The notes: generated by a model not told the origin, from the letters alone. 64,000 bases of DNA from the human T2T-CHM13v2.0 reference genome, Homo sapiens (GCF_009914755.1 NC_060933.1), one strand, 5' to 3'. Numbered from the stretch's first letter, positions 14,755-30,677 are shown. Made by a program: numbers and translations.

Positions 14755-14958
14755 TAACTGTAAATGTGCCCGTTGTTCTTTTTAAGTAGAATATTTCATT
14801 TTCTACCTCTTGAATCATTGCTACTGGCAGAAGAAAAATAACTAAAAGCCTATGTTCCTTGCTACCTGTGTAAGAAAATAGAGGCTTTGGCATCTGCAGA
14901 TTACCTTTGTACCACAGCTGTGCTAGCGCCTACTCACACTTCTTTTCAAAGCTTATAG

Positions 14959-15569
<611 letters not shown>

Positions 15570-16823
15570 TCAAAGCTTATATTCTAATTAGAGGAGGGAT
15601 TCAAGTAAATCATTGAAGGTAATGCTGAAAGGCTGGCAGTACCATTTTTGCTTTTTTGGAGATTGTATATTTGATTACATTTACCTTTATTTTTCTGATT
15701 GTACTCTTGGATCAGGAGCTGAAACTACTAGAATTTAAGACAAAACAAACTATAGGAAAAAAAGAAACACTGCCTCTAATTGCTTTTTAATCCTTTTTAT
15801 CAGCCCAACTGCAATTCTCTTTTTACTCCCCTTCTCCACAGTCAACAATTCTAAGAGTATATAAATGAACTGAATTTATTAAAATAACCAAGGTGAGGGC
15901 ACTTTCATTTTAGTTAGACCTCAATTACTGTCACCTTATGTAGGACTTTTTTCCTGTCTGTATCTCTGGCCTGATGCCTTCAGACCCATGAAGAAGAAAG
16001 AAAAAGACAAAGATGTACCCCTCAACCAATGCAGTGTCAAGCCACCTTTAAATTCCTTAAGCCTGTTTCCTGATCATACCCTTCTGCCTGCACATCAATT
16101 TCAGTCATCAAACAGGAGAATAGAGAAATCTTCAGAATGTGTCTTGAACAGACTTAAACATTTCCAAGTTAATAGTAGTAGTATCTTGACCAAAACAGGA
16201 GGTCTTGAAAGCAAGCCTTCTGTTACTCAAGACACTCTCCAAGGAAAAAGTTAAGCTTGAAGCCAGGACATAGAAAGTAGAAGAATCAACAAAGAAGGTT
16301 TTGTGAATGACAGACAGTTTGTTTTAGTCTCTGGATAGATATTTGGATTCTTTATGTCAATATGGCATTAGTATGATATACATCCAGTCCTTTTTTCTAC
16401 AACCTTCCTATCTGTTTTCACTCTGACTGTCTCACAACTGAAATAAGGTGTCAAGTGGCCTCTTGACTGGTTTCTCCCCCAGGCCATCTGGACACTAATT
16501 TGTCTTTCTCTAGCCACCTTCCTATCCTGTTCATTTACTGCCTCTCTTCCCAACCTTTGAGGTTCCCCTGCACTGTCTAGAATGAATTTCATCTCTGTAG
16601 ACTGCTTGCTGAGGTCTAAGGTAAGTCTTTAGCTTCATCTGCTACTCCTCAACCTAAACAGCCCATAGTGCATTCGGACTGATACTATGATCACCTGCTT
16701 CCCCAGTTACATTTCTTTTACTCTTTAAGATCATTCTAGACTCACATGCAGTTGTAAGATACAGTACAGAGAGATTCTGCGTACCTTTTACTTCTCAAGA
16801 TGGAAACATCTTGCAAAACATAG

Positions 16824-17132
<309 letters not shown>

Positions 17133-17499
17133 AAGACAATATCTTAAGCAGAAAATTGACATCAATACAATTCCCAGATGCATCTCTTTTATTCTTGCCT
17201 CCTCATCTTTCTCATTTGTTTTCCTTTCTAAAAAGCCCCTCATTTCTCACCGCTGAAGGAATTCTTCTCACCTTTAAGATCCAGCTCAACTCTGATGTCT
17301 CTGGAAAATTCTGCCCTGATGGTCCCATCCTCTCTCTCTCTCTCGCGGGTCCTTTGTTCTGTCATACTCATACTCACTGCCTATATTGTTCATTTGGTGC
17401 AAACCGCAATTTGCCCAGTCACTTTTTTGAACGAGTAGGTCTTCTTTACAATAAAAGGAATATGTTCCTAAAGAGCAGGGGTTGTTTTATTTTCCTTTA

Positions 17500-18060
17500 A
17501 ATTTTTAAAACATTGTGATTAAGAGACATAACAAAATTTATCATAATTTTTCAGTATACAGTTCAGTAGTGTTAAGTATATTCACTTTGATGGGCAACAG
17601 ATCTTCAGAACTTTTTAATCTTGCGACTCTGAAACTGCGTGCCTACGAACAACTAACTCTCATCTCCTTCCCCCAGCCCCTGGCACCCACCATGGCACTT
17701 TCTGTTTCTATGAATTTGCCTATTTTAGATACTTCGTATGAGTAGAATCATAGAGTTACTTGTCTTTTTGTGACTGGCTTATGCACTTATGGACTTAGCG
17801 TAATAATCCTCCAGTTACAGGATTTCCTTCCTTTTTAAGACTGAATAATATTCCATTAAATGTATAGACTATAGTTGCTTATCCACTCATTTGTCGATGG
17901 ACCCTTGGGTTGCTTCCACCTCTTGGCTATTGTGAATAATGCTGCTAGGAACATGGGTGTGCCAATGTCTTTTCAAGACGCCTCTTGTGATTCTTTATAT
18001 ACCCAGAAGTGGGGCTGCTGGATCATATAGTAGTTCTATTTTCAATTTTTTGAGGAAAAG
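17500..18060 (-). mobile_element. L1MB-like 3' end
   Basis: cagttcagtagtgttaagtatattcac...gggttgcttccacctcttggctattgtgaataatgctgc typical of L1M 3' antisense. Confidence 0.85.
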
Positions 18061-18575
18061 GACCATTTTTGAACTTATATCTTTCAGCACCTACCCAGGG
18101 CCATGCTCAGACATGTGTATCCATTAAAAATAGAGTGTTGATTGGATAAGTGTTGGCTGCTACTGATAAACTCAGTAATAAGGAATAGCCCCCACTTGCT
18201 AGGGGCACTGCATTTTAAAGAAGATTGCTTTACCACAGTCTTACTACAGCATTTGGTAGAACAATTCAAATAAGAAATGTAGTTTTAAAAAATACCATTT
18301 TTGTTGTCCAATATGAGGATATTTTATCTACTATTCTCCTCCAAGCATCCATGCACTTTGAAATAATTTCAACTGCATTTGGACTTTCTGTATGAATGTG
18401 TATGTCTGTATTTGGGCTTGGCGTTTTGCTACTGGGTTTTCATGTGGGCATAAAAGCTAACGGTGACATTTCTACTAAAATTCATGTGAATTAAGCTGGT
18501 GTATTGCATAAGGAAGAGTTCACTGCCATGGTAACTCAGCTTGCAGTTTTAACAGATGCCCCTTTGACCATTTAG

Positions 18576-18758
<183 letters not shown>

Positions 18759-18789
18759 TAGCTGTCTCCACAGATGTTCACAGAAGAGA

Positions 18790-19305
<516 letters not shown>

Positions 19306-19399
19306 TGCAAACACTTTCTGAATGTTGCCTTTGAATATTAGCCTAACTACACATTTTCTACAACACTGCTGCTAATGCCACCTATCTTCTCTTCTTTAC

Positions 19400-19550
19400 C
19401 ACGGTGGTTCTCAAACCTGGAGGGCTTGAAGAATATGCCAGTGTTTGATCCAGTAGCCTGTTGTGGGGCCTGAGAATCCGTATTTCTGGCAAATTCCCAG
19501 GGGGAACTGATGATGTTGGGCCAAGGACCACACCTTGAGAATCACAGCTT
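19400..19550. mobile_element. MER5A-like DNA transposon remnant
   Basis: cggtggttctcaaac ... accacaccttgagaatcacag. Confidence 0.75.
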
Positions 19551-19874
19551 TAGAAAATAATTGTCAAACTGAGTTGGAACTGTGAATTTTGCATAGAATT
19601 TTTTTTTTGCCAGGGGAAGAGGGGTGATGACAGGGTACTGTCTTTATTTAAAATGTTGATAGTTTGTTTATCATGGATTTGGGGGGCATTAATTTGGGTT
19701 TTTAAAATATTTACCTTTTAGGATATTAGTTGATGACTGGGTTTTGGTGCCCCCTTAAATTTTACACCCAAGGTGCGTGCCTCCATTGTTTGACCCTAGT
19801 TCCAGCCGTGACTGATAACCCAAATATTCCAAAGGTTAAGGGTGCTGTCAGAAGTTGAAAATTTCTTCTTAGTG

Positions 19875-20166
19875 AGGCATGTTGGCTCACAAATATAATC
19901 CGAGCACTCTGGGAGGCTGAGGCAGAAGGATAGCTTGAGGCTAGGAGTTCAAGACCAGCCTGGATAACATAGCAAGACCCTATCTCTACAAAAATGTTTG
20001 TAAAAAGAAATAGCCAAGTGTGGTGGCACGTGTCTATAGTCCCAGCTACTCAGGAAGCTGAGGCAGGAGGATTGCTTAGTCTAGGTGTTCAAGGCTGCAG
20101 TGAGCTATGATCATACCGCTGCCCTCCAGCCTGGGCAACAGAACAAAACTCTATCTAAAAAAAAAA
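19875..20166 (+). mobile_element. AluJ
   Basis: Alu sense with J diagnostics and A-tail. Confidence 0.9.
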
Positions 20167-20277
20167 TTTTAAATATAATTAATAAATATTTTAAAACATA
20201 AAATTTCTTCTTTCCTATGTGTGTCTTCACCGTATACCTCTCAAAGTAAAGTACTAAAACCTATGTTTTACAGTATA

Positions 20278-20375
20278 AGCCGAGCCCAGTGGCTCATGCC
20301 TGTAATCCTAGCACTTTGGGAAGCTGAGGTGGCTGGATCACTTGAAGTCACCAGTTTGAGACAAGCCTGATCAAT
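20278..20375 (+). mobile_element. Alu left-arm fragment
   Basis: gtggctcatgcctgtaatcctagcactttggg, truncated. Confidence 0.8.
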
Positions 20376-21113
20376 ATATTCATAATAAGTACAAAAATCA
20401 TGCCACAAAACTGTGTGCTATGTTTTTATAAACAAATTTATGTGTGGAAAAAAAGGTAACGTCTCAAAATATTACATGTATGTAGAGATATAGAATTACA
20501 CGTTTTTTTACCTTTTCAAATATATTAAAAGTATAGACATGCTTTTAAAAAATTATTAGGTTTCTAATTACATGTTAATACAGATGATTTGGAAAATGTA
20601 ATGATTTTTGTACTTATTATGAACACTTTCCATGGCAATGAGGGTTTTTCTACAGCAACATATATTAATATGTATAATATATATTAACATTCATTAATGA
20701 ATGTGAATGTACTGTAACGTGTTAATTATACTCTGTTAATCAGGCTGTTTCCCAATAATGCTGTCCTGAGCATTTTACCCATAGATTATTGAAAAGATGT
20801 AAAATGTATGTGATGCATACACATTGCCACAGAGAATGGAGTTTCCATTCTTGCCCTCAACATGCATAAGCGACTCTTTCCCAACATCATTTTCTATTAT
20901 CTATATTCTAGTTAGTGATTCTGCCTTTTATTTGTTATGAATTTAAACTGTCCCAAATTCATGTAGTTATTCCTTTGTTCTAGCATTTGAATACATCTGC
21001 ATCATCTATTTTAGCTATATATTTCATTATTTTAGAGCCAGATTTCTAATCTGTTTTCAAAGAGCTGCTCTCTTCCCCCATCCATCAATTTAGTTTAATT
21101 TCTCAAGCCTTGG

Positions 21114-21689
21114 TATATTAATTTTCTATTGCTGCTATAACAAATTACCACAAACTTAGTGACTTTAATACAACACAAACTTATTACCTCTTGTGGGTCA
21201 CAGGTTCAGCATGAGTCTCCCTGGACTAAGATCAATGTGGCAGCAGCCTGCATTCCTTTCTGGATGCTCTAGATAGGAATCCCATTTCCTTGTTCATCCT
21301 GGTTCTCAGCAGAGTTCAATTTCTTGTGTTCGTAGAAACAAAGTTCCCACTTTCTTGCTGGCTGCCAGTGGAAGGCTGTTCCCAACAGTGTTCTTTGGCT
21401 CATTGCCTCCCCACCCCTACCCCTTGTTCCAACTTTAAAGCCAGCAATGACAGGTACAGTCCTTCTCATGTTGTGTCTCCATGAATCTCTCTTTTGCGTC
21501 TTCCTCTTCCACGTTTAAGGATGCAGATGATTAGACTGGGCCCACCTGGATAATCCACTATAATTTCCCCATCTCAGGGTCAGACAATTAACAGTCTAAA
21601 ATTCCTTTTGCCATGTAATATAACATATTCAGAGGTTCTTGGATTAGGATATGGACATCTTGTGAGGAGATGATATTCTGTCCACCACA
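21114..21689 (-). mobile_element. MLT1 solo LTR (ERVL-MaLR)
   Basis: tattaattttctattgctgctataacaaattaccacaaacttag ... ctgtccaccaca; intact 5-bp TSD CTTGG. Confidence 0.88.
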
Positions 21690-22689
21690 CTTGGTAGCTA
21701 GAACTTTTCATAGGTGCATATGGTTGTATCATAAAACCTTAGGAAGCTGTTTATAGGGCTCACCTAATGGTCCAGTTTATTAGCCTGCTTGTCCATAGTC
21801 TGTCAGGTGGGTTTTTTGGAGAGACATATCCACTGACGCGTGCCTGACAGCATTAGAGTGCGCCACACTCCAAGGCACATTTAGATTACGCTCTCAAGGA
21901 TACATTTTCTTACCCCTATTGCCTGTCTTCTGCCCATTCATTTCCTATACTCCTGTGTCAGGGAGAGCCCACACCTGTATAAATGGACATATTTCACTTT
22001 GTCTTTCCACACTGTTTAGAAATGCCCATTATGACTGGCTTCTTTCATCTATTTCTTTCGACGTCCTACATCTTTCCGTTTTCATTAGTAGGTAGGCCTT
22101 TTCATCTCCAGTCTCTTCTTCTTCTCCTAAGTTACTCCACCCAAAGCAAAGGGCCCCACCTTATAGCTTGTCAAGCAGCAGACAGTGGGTATAATAGATA
22201 GAAGCCTTGGCTAGGAGTACTATTTTGTGTATTAGGATTTGGAATGGAGGAAAGGCAAATGCTACCACCACACTTGAGTTCATAACAGCACAGCTCTCAT
22301 CTCTTCTGTTAGCTTATGTTTCTGTGGGAGATTTTAGTTTTGGAAATATTTTGTGGGTCCCTCTACTTCACAAAAGAAGTCTGAAACAAACACTCTCATC
22401 TCCTTCTGGAGCTAGGATTCCCTCTATGACAACATCTATTTCTAGATGCCTTGAGACCCACCAAACATGGTAGTCTAGCAAAGCTAGCTTGAATGAGAGA
22501 CCCACATTTTCAGTGCCTTCATCATCAAATACCAAAAATGGTATTCTGTGGATACCTATCCCAAATAGCTACCATGGAGCAGATTGTCTTTGTTCTTTGG
22601 GATATGTACCTATATTTGTGATATTGTACCTTGAACTCTTCCAAGTGTTTCCATTGGTATCCCCAGAATAGTCCTGTGAAGGTGGAAAT

Positions 22690-23300
22690 GGGTGCAGTCT
22701 TTCTGAAGGCTAATCTGACAGAGCACTGTTAGAAATTTACCATATGGACATGTCCACCATACCTCCCTCAAATTCTACCAAGATACATTGAAATAGGTTC
22801 ACAGCAGCTTTGTTTATACTAGCAAAAAAAGCAGCAAACTTCAGCCCTCATCATATGAGACTGATTAAATAAATTATAGTATACCATACGATGGAAAATT
22901 TTCAGGTATTTAAAAGAATTAGGCAGGTATGTATGAGGCTTTACCTATAAATATCCCACATATGTGAGTAAACAGCCAAGTGGAGAATATGGACATGTAT
23001 AAAGATCCCTTTGGGATAACTACATAAAGAATTCAAGTATGTACGTGTGTATATATACTTACTTGAATTCTTTATATTCTATAGAGAGACTTTTATAGAA
23101 TATGTAGAATCACACACACACACATACACACAGAGAGAGAGAAATGGATGTACTTGCAGGTATGGACATAAACATTTTTTTTCCTGGAAATAATTAGTTA
23201 TAGGGAAAGAGACTAGGAATGGGGGAAAGGAAGCATTCAAAAGTGTTTTCTTTTTACTTTCCATTTTGTACCTTTATGTTAAAAATATGATTGAACTATT
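22690..23300 (+). mobile_element. L1ME-like 3' fragment containing a (CA)n/(GA)n microsatellite at about 23111-23142
   Basis: ttcacagcagctttgtttatactagcaaaa ... attaaataaattatagtataccatac. Confidence 0.65.
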
Positions 23301-23592
23301 TGAATTTTCTTTTTAAGTCAATGGAGTTATCTACATGGTAAAATTATTGGCCTTTAAACTCTTTACATTTATTTATATTTTTAATGTAAAAGTTCTATTA
23401 AATGATTGCCCAACACCTCCACAAGTAGAAAACACTTCCCCTCATTATCCTTGGTCAGCCATTGGGAGACAGGTGAAGGATCCAGCCCCACTGTCCTCCA
23501 TGAGACCTCGGTCCCTCTTGTTGCCTGTTTAGCGTGACTACATCATTTATCTTCCAAAAGAAGACAGGTTGGCAAGTGAAAGGGGTCGCTGA

Positions 23593-23910
<318 letters not shown>

Positions 23911-25166
23911 TGAAGGCGGAGACGCCCTCTCCCCTGCTTGCTGGCCTCTTGCATTTCCATGCCCCTTCAGCCTTTTCGCTTTATTACCCAGGACTGGAAA
24001 TGTCAGGATTTAGTGAGATTTCATTATTGAGGGATGTGAACGGAGCTGTATGATTTAGAACAAAGGATTGGGGGCTTTGTTTATTGCCTTTTTAATAGTC
24101 TTCAAAAATGAAAAACTACCAAATCAAGCTTCCCTTTCCCCCTTTTTAATCTTCCCACATGCTTTCTTATAAATATGGTTTTCCCCGTAGCCAGTTAATA
24201 TTTTATATGCATCACAGCCAGCATGGTGCCTGGTACATAACAGTAGATTAGATGGAAGAATGAGAAAAACTGTTATGACGTCAGAGTTATTGGCTCGAGT
24301 TGCTACTTAAGGGACCATGTAAAAACTCAAAGGACTTTTATTTTTCATATTTGAAAAATTCAGTGAGCATCTATTGAGCCAGGCCTTGTAATAGGTACCT
24401 CCCTGTGTGGTAGCATATTAAATACTGATGTCGGCATCGTGAGATAGATGTCACTCTCAAATAACATGTTATGGAAATGGTTAGGTTATGGGTGTTTTGC
24501 TACAGATCACGTCGCAGAGGTGGAATTCGGACCCGAGTAGCATAACTCAGTCTAGTGTGCTATGTCTGACTGGGCAGCAAGGTAGAAGAGTGGGCAGAAG
24601 CTCCTAATACCTTGCCTTTTGAAATACCCTTCATTTCATCCATTCACTTTCCAGAGGATGGTTTCCTGGCACCCACATTATTTTCTTTCTGGAAAGATAA
24701 ATTTCCCTTTTCCTAGTTTGATTTTCCTTCAACACATTACCATTTTGGTAAAATTTCAGAATTATGATCTCACCCCAGCCTTAACCCTTGATGCAAGCAT
24801 TTTCAAATACATTTTTCTTTAGGAGATGTCAAATGCAGGGTATTTTTTTTTCTCCCATGAATTTTCTGAAACCTGGGGCTGAAAAAGAGAAAATATTAGC
24901 CATAAACCTTTCAAGCCAAAGTGAAAGGGCACAAACAATAGCTTAGAGGGTGGGCTTTGCTTTGGGGTTTTTCAGTAAGAAAAACTTCTCAGCTTAGAGA
25001 CTGTCGATGCCTCTTTAATGTGTTTCTGTCCTCCCACGGAAAGAGATTTGGCGAGTTGTTTCCAAAATGTCATTTTTTCCTACTGGCCTCTTGATGGTTT
25101 GTTGTTATATCTTCTTTTTCTTGCATGTGATGTTACTTCATTTTATCTTCTTATTTTTACTTTTAG

Positions 25167-25202
25167 GAACAGTCAGAAGGAAGTGGGACGGATGATGAGT
25201 GA
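25167..25202 (+). CDS. SMARCA2: SMARCA2 last coding exon: EQSEGSGTDDE*
   Basis: Long pyrimidine tract plus ttttag|; TGA at 25200-25202; known BRM C-terminus. Confidence 0.96.
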   Translation, partial: EQSEGSGTDDE

Positions 25203-26085
25203 TCAGTATGGACCTTTTTCCTTGGTAGAACTGAATTCCTTCCTCCCCTGTCTCATTTCTACCCAGTGAGTTCATTTGTCATATAGGCACTGGGTTGTTT
25301 CTATATCATCATCGTCTATAAACTAGCTTTAGGATAGTGCCAGACAAACATATGATATCATGGTGTAAAAAACACACACATACACAAATATTTGTAACAT
25401 ATTGTGACCAAATGGGCCTCAAAGATTCAGATTGAAACAAACAAAAAGCTTTTGATGGAAAATATGTGGGTGGATAGTATATTTCTATGGGTGGGTCTAA
25501 TTTGGTAACGGTTTGATTGTGCCTGGTTTTATCACCTGTTCAGATGAGAAGATTTTTGTCTTTTGTAGCACTGATAACCAGGAGAAGCCATTAAAAGCCA
25601 CTGGTTATTTTATTTTTCATCAGGCAATTTTCGAGGTTTTTATTTGTTCGGTATTGTTTTTTTACACTGTGGTACATATAAGCAACTTTAATAGGTGATA
25701 AATGTACAGTAGTTAGATTTCACCTGCATATACATTTTTCCATTTTATGCTCTATGATCTGAACAAAAGCTTTTTGAATTGTATAAGATTTATGTCTACT
25801 GTAAACATTGCTTAATTTTTTTGCTCTTGATTTAAAAAAAAGTTTTGTTGAAAGCGCTATTGAATATTGCAATCTATATAGTGTATTGGATGGCTTCTTT
25901 TGTCACCCTGATCTCCTATGTTACCAATGTGTATCGTCTCCTTCTCCCTAAAGTGTACTTAATCTTTGCTTTCTTTGCACAATGTCTTTGGTTGCAAGTC
26001 ATAAGCCTGAGGCAAATAAAATTCCAGTAATTTCGAAGAATGTGGTGTTGGTGCTTTCCTAATAAAGAAATAATTTAGCTTGACA
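25203..26085 (+). other. SMARCA2: SMARCA2 3'UTR (AU-rich, repeat-free)
   Basis: Follows the stop codon; ends about 20 nt after the distal AATAAA; exact cleavage site inferred. Confidence 0.85.
26015..26066 (+). terminator. Tandem polyadenylation signals AATAAA (26015-26020 and 26061-26066)
   Basis: Two canonical hexamers; GU-rich tgtggtgttggtg after the first, U-rich tract after the second. Confidence 0.85.
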
Positions 26086-26821
26086 AATGCAGCCTCTTTC
26101 TTTGAATTCTAGAGGATTGAAACCCTTGTGCCTGAAGTGGCAGTTTCCTGCAGAGGGCTGGGCAGGCTCTTGCTACTGAACACTGGATAGGGAAAAAAAG
26201 GGAGAGGTTGAGAGAGCCAGTCTCCTTGAAGTGGTCCAGCTATGTCCACCAGGGGAGCCTGTTGCACCCATGACTTTATTAAACAAACAGCAGAAGAGAT
26301 GCTGCCATGGGCCAAGCCATATGAAGTCCCTGCTCAGCCTTAAATTCTGTTTCTTAGTTGGAAAATCTCTCTCTATTGCTATTTATGCCTTTTGATTTTG
26401 AAAGATTTCAAAAATATTCCATCGAAAGACTGGTTCAGTGAACACCTATATACCCTCCACCTGAGATTCAACAATGATTAATAGTTCATCCCTACCCCGT
26501 TTTATTTTACCAAACCATTGGAAAATAAGGTGCCGTCAGTCATTACGATACTTCGCACCTAGTATTTCAGCACAAATCTAAGAATAAGCGTATCTTGTAG
26601 CCAACCACAGTCCTATATCATACCAAAAGGAATTAACTAACAATAGTTCCCTGATATCTAAGAAACAAGCCATAGTCACATTTTCCCAATTGTCCTAACA
26701 TCATCTTGTATTTGTTTAGTTTTAGCCAGGATCTTTTCAAGGCTCACACTTTGTGTTTGATTGTAACATTTGTCTCAATATCTTTTTTAAAGTTCTCAAA
26801 AAAATAGCACAAAGATGGGCA

Positions 26822-27141
26822 ATTTTTTTTTTTTTTTTGAGACGGAGTCTCACACTATTGCCCAGGCTGGAGTGCAGTGGCGCGATCTCAGCTCACTGCA
26901 AGCTCTGCCCACCCCCCCCCCAACCCGTTTCACGCCACTCTCCTGCCTCAACCTCCCAAGTAGCTGGGACTACAGGTGCCCGCCACCATGCCCGGCTAAT
27001 TTATTGTATTTTTAGTAGATACAAGGTTTCACTGTTAGCCAGGATGGTCTCGATCTCCTGACCTCGTGATCTGCCTGTCTGTCTCGGCCTCCCAAAGTGC
27101 TGGGGTGCTGGGATTACAGGCGTGAGCCACCGTGCCCGGCC
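26822..27141 (-). mobile_element. AluY-like with poly-C expansion and micro-duplications
   Basis: gcaagctc and tcacgcca Y diagnostics. Confidence 0.9.
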
Positions 27142-29349
27142 GATTCTTTCTTAAGGAACTGGTGATGTGATGATGATAGGATCAAAATGGGAGAGTTTTC
27201 CTTCAACACTGCTGGGTTGGTGAAAGCTTCCTTTTTTAGAATGATCTAAGGAGAACTCCAGGATCCTTGCTTTTACATATGAGGATTTGCCAATGCCGCA
27301 TACTGCTGTGAATCCTGAAGGAAATTTGATCCACACAGAATACAATCCTGAGAAACTTCTTTGTCTCTCTAAATGTCAACTCGTGTGTTAATTTCCAGTA
27401 GTCTGAGAGTTCAGGAGAAGTTTCCCTTCTCGGTTGGTTTCTCGGATTTGCTAACTGCAATAGGATTGGAGACCTCCATGAAACAGTATACCCATATTAG
27501 TTTCTCTTACTGAGATGATTTGGTATCAGTTCAAAGAAAACAATCATCTTTGCTTGCTTCTATTTCTGTATTTTCTGTATTTTTTGTGCTCTTTGCAATC
27601 TCTCCTTGGCTTCAGAAGCATTGCTGTTTCTAACGCCCTCAAAACCACTGTCTCCATCGTTCAGGATTTCTATTGTGTGAAGAATGTTCTCTAATCCTTC
27701 AAGGAGAATGTGTTATTCTCTTTGGCTATAATGGAAATGAGAGCCAGGGATGATCATTGAGAACAGGAGTCTCTTCTCCTTCGGGTGGGACTGGTGGTAA
27801 ACAGTCCAGGTGATAATTGAGGTGGCAGCAGAGTGAGCATGCACTAACAAGAAGACGGGCCATCGCGAGGGCTAAGGATGGGGTGGGCCATCCCGAGCAT
27901 GTGCCTATGCGGACCTGTTTACCACGTTGTGGCAGCCTTCTTGTTCAGCTCTAGTTGCTGAGCCCATCAGCGTAGTTCTTTCCAAGGTCAAAGGTGTTTT
28001 AGGAACAGAGGAAGGAATCTAAGAGTATCAGGCTATGTACTGATTGCGTTATTTTATTCAATTACAAGAACGTGAGGAAGGCATAGTTCTTGTTCCCATT
28101 TGACAAATAAAGATAATGCAAAGAAGAGATTGAAGAGCAAAGAGCTGTGCACCAAAAGTTGGAAGTTAGATTTGTTTGATTCCAGACCCCATATTCCTTG
28201 GAGCTTCCCCACCTCCCCTCAGTGAGTGAGGCCTGGAACTGATCTTGTTGATAAGCTTCAGGCACCCATTTACCTGGCACTTGCTGACACAATTGGGCTT
28301 ACAGAGAAGTCCTGGCTCAAGTTTCTAGTTCCCGTGAGCCTTTCCACTGAGACCCAGTTTTCTTGGCTGGGCCCTGCTACTCTGGCTCTTCCTTCACAGT
28401 CCTCTGCAAGGGCCAGAATGGGGTCCTTAGGTCCCAGCTACTGATGGTTCCTAAAGGCTACTGACTTAGATATCACTACTGCCATCATCCACCCATCAGA
28501 TATAATGCCATATGTATACGTAGTGACCAAGTTCATGTTTGCCCCACACATTGATAAGACCACGTGTTTTCTGAGAAAGAGGTTTTTACACCCCATCATC
28601 TCCATAGGTGCTGGACAGAGTAGGCTTAGCGTGCAATTATATCTTCAAGTCCTCCAGTTCCATATCCAACCAGACTGGAATTCCTAAGCACTTCCCATGT
28701 GGAGAGTCTAGAGCCACCACCAGTGCCACCTGAAGGAACAGACGCCTGACTGCCCCCCTATCCAAGCCTGGCCTCTTACTCTAGTGTCAGTCTGCTACGT
28801 GGACCCGAGTTGGCACACATCACAGCTGGATCTGCCTGAGTTATGCCACCAGAAACATGATTCTCAGACTATTTTCATAGGTCAGACCCTTAAAATGGGG
28901 TGTTTTAAATATGAACCTCTGAATTTCCCATTAGAGATATTATATAGCCAGAATATACTGGAACCAGATGTACTGTAGCAGGAATATAAAGGTTTTAAAA
29001 GACCTTTTTCCCTCTAAGGCTGCTTATTTATCTTTAAGTGTAATTATTCAGATGAGAAATTAGGATCATGGCCCTTAATTGGGAGTCAAATGTGTGGGTT
29101 ATTCTGGATTTTGCCACAGCCTTATTTGAGTTTTGATTTCCTCTATAAAACGTGAAGAATAAGTGAGTCGTCCTGTAATTGCAAGCTGTGTAGTTGAGAC
29201 ATACTGTTGTGTTGTCAAAGGTTTGCAGTATGTTAGAAAAAATTGCTTGTAAATTAAATGTCATTAAAACATCCAGAAAGATTCTCAAAGTCAAGAAATA
29301 GACTGGAGATGGCTTTTAAGGGCCCTTCAATCATTGACAGTTTTGAAAC

Positions 29350-29528
29350 CAGTGTTTCTCAGAGTGTGGTCCCCAAACTAGCAGCATCAGCTGACTTGGA
29401 AACATTGGAAATGCACATTCTCATGCCTCATCCCAGACCTGCTGAATCAGAAACTCTGAGGGTGGGGCCCCCTAATAGAACATACGCTCCAGATGATTCT
29501 GATATATACTCAAGTTTGAGAACCACTA
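29350..29528. mobile_element. MER5A/MER5A1
   Basis: cagtgtttctcagagtgtggtcc ... gtttgagaaccact TIRs. Confidence 0.85.
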
Positions 29529-30677
29529 GTCTATTAGGCTTTTAATAATCTCTATTATTTCATTCCTGAGGAACAATATGAGGCCATACTGGTCTTGATT
29601 TAGATCATCGGTACAGGCATATACACCCAGCATGCAATTGTCATTCTTCTAAAAAGAAAGTCACCGTCAATGGGAATAATAGGAAAAGCTGAATTTTTTT
29701 TTTTCTCTCTCTGAAACGGCTTTTCTGTCTCGTACATTACAAGGCAGCAATCTTCATTTGTGCTTGACTTAACCTTCATTGAGAGTGATGTGGTGTAATA
29801 CTTGGGGGAAATATCTTTGGTTTACTTAGCAGAAAGGTAGAGACATACTCTCCCTTTATGAATAAATGTTTTTCCCACAAGAATTTTAGGAGTCAATCTT
29901 ATTCTTGAAGAAATGGGCACATCTAATCCTTTTCTTAAAATTTACTAAGAGCCTGCATCAAACTAGATAAAGTACAATTTCTGTTCTTATTTGTATATAC
30001 TGTCATATAGTGTGTGAATCTGTTTTGCTTGGGGAGGAGTAATGAAAAATGATAGAGCATAGGGTCAGGAATAATGACTGATAGGGCTAGAATCGCTAAA
30101 CCTTGGTCCAGGTGAACTGTATTCATCCCTGGTGTTGTTTAGGACATTGAGCTTCATAGAAGGAAAGTGACGTGTTCCAAATGCCTGAGCCGCTTTATGC
30201 AAGAAGGTGTTTGTGCTCTGCGTCACTTTCCGTAAGGGCTAAGTTGAATAATACAAGGCAACTAAGTCTGGCAACTACAGGGAAGCAAGTTTTCCGTTTC
30301 TAAACACTAATTTTGCTATACACAAGAACGAGGCCTCTTTGTGAACCCAAACGCAGTTATGAAGCAAGGCTCACTGTGGGATTATAAACCTCAAAGTGAA
30401 CAGACTCATAGTCCCTCAAGCAAATACATGTATTTCTTAATTCTCTTGTAAAAATTTTAATTAAATTCCTCTTCTAGGATTATAAAATGGACATGTATCC
30501 ACCACAACCAGCGAAATAATACAAAGAAAATTAATTTAGCATTCACCTCCCCCACTAGGCAATCAGCTTTAATAGTCTGATGTGGTTACTTCTGCACCTT
30601 TCTTCTTGCACACATTAACACATACAAGCATAGAGGCTATCAAATGCCACTTCCCCAGTTATCTCAATACAACCTGA

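Noticed and set aside
18551-18575. Upstream AACAG as an alternative acceptor
   Set aside because: Would add 20 nt and frameshift; no support from sequence alone
27150-27720. Non-Alu stretch with two overlapping - strand ORFs
   Set aside because: No recognisable protein family; possibly a very old LINE remnant; cannot support a call without a search
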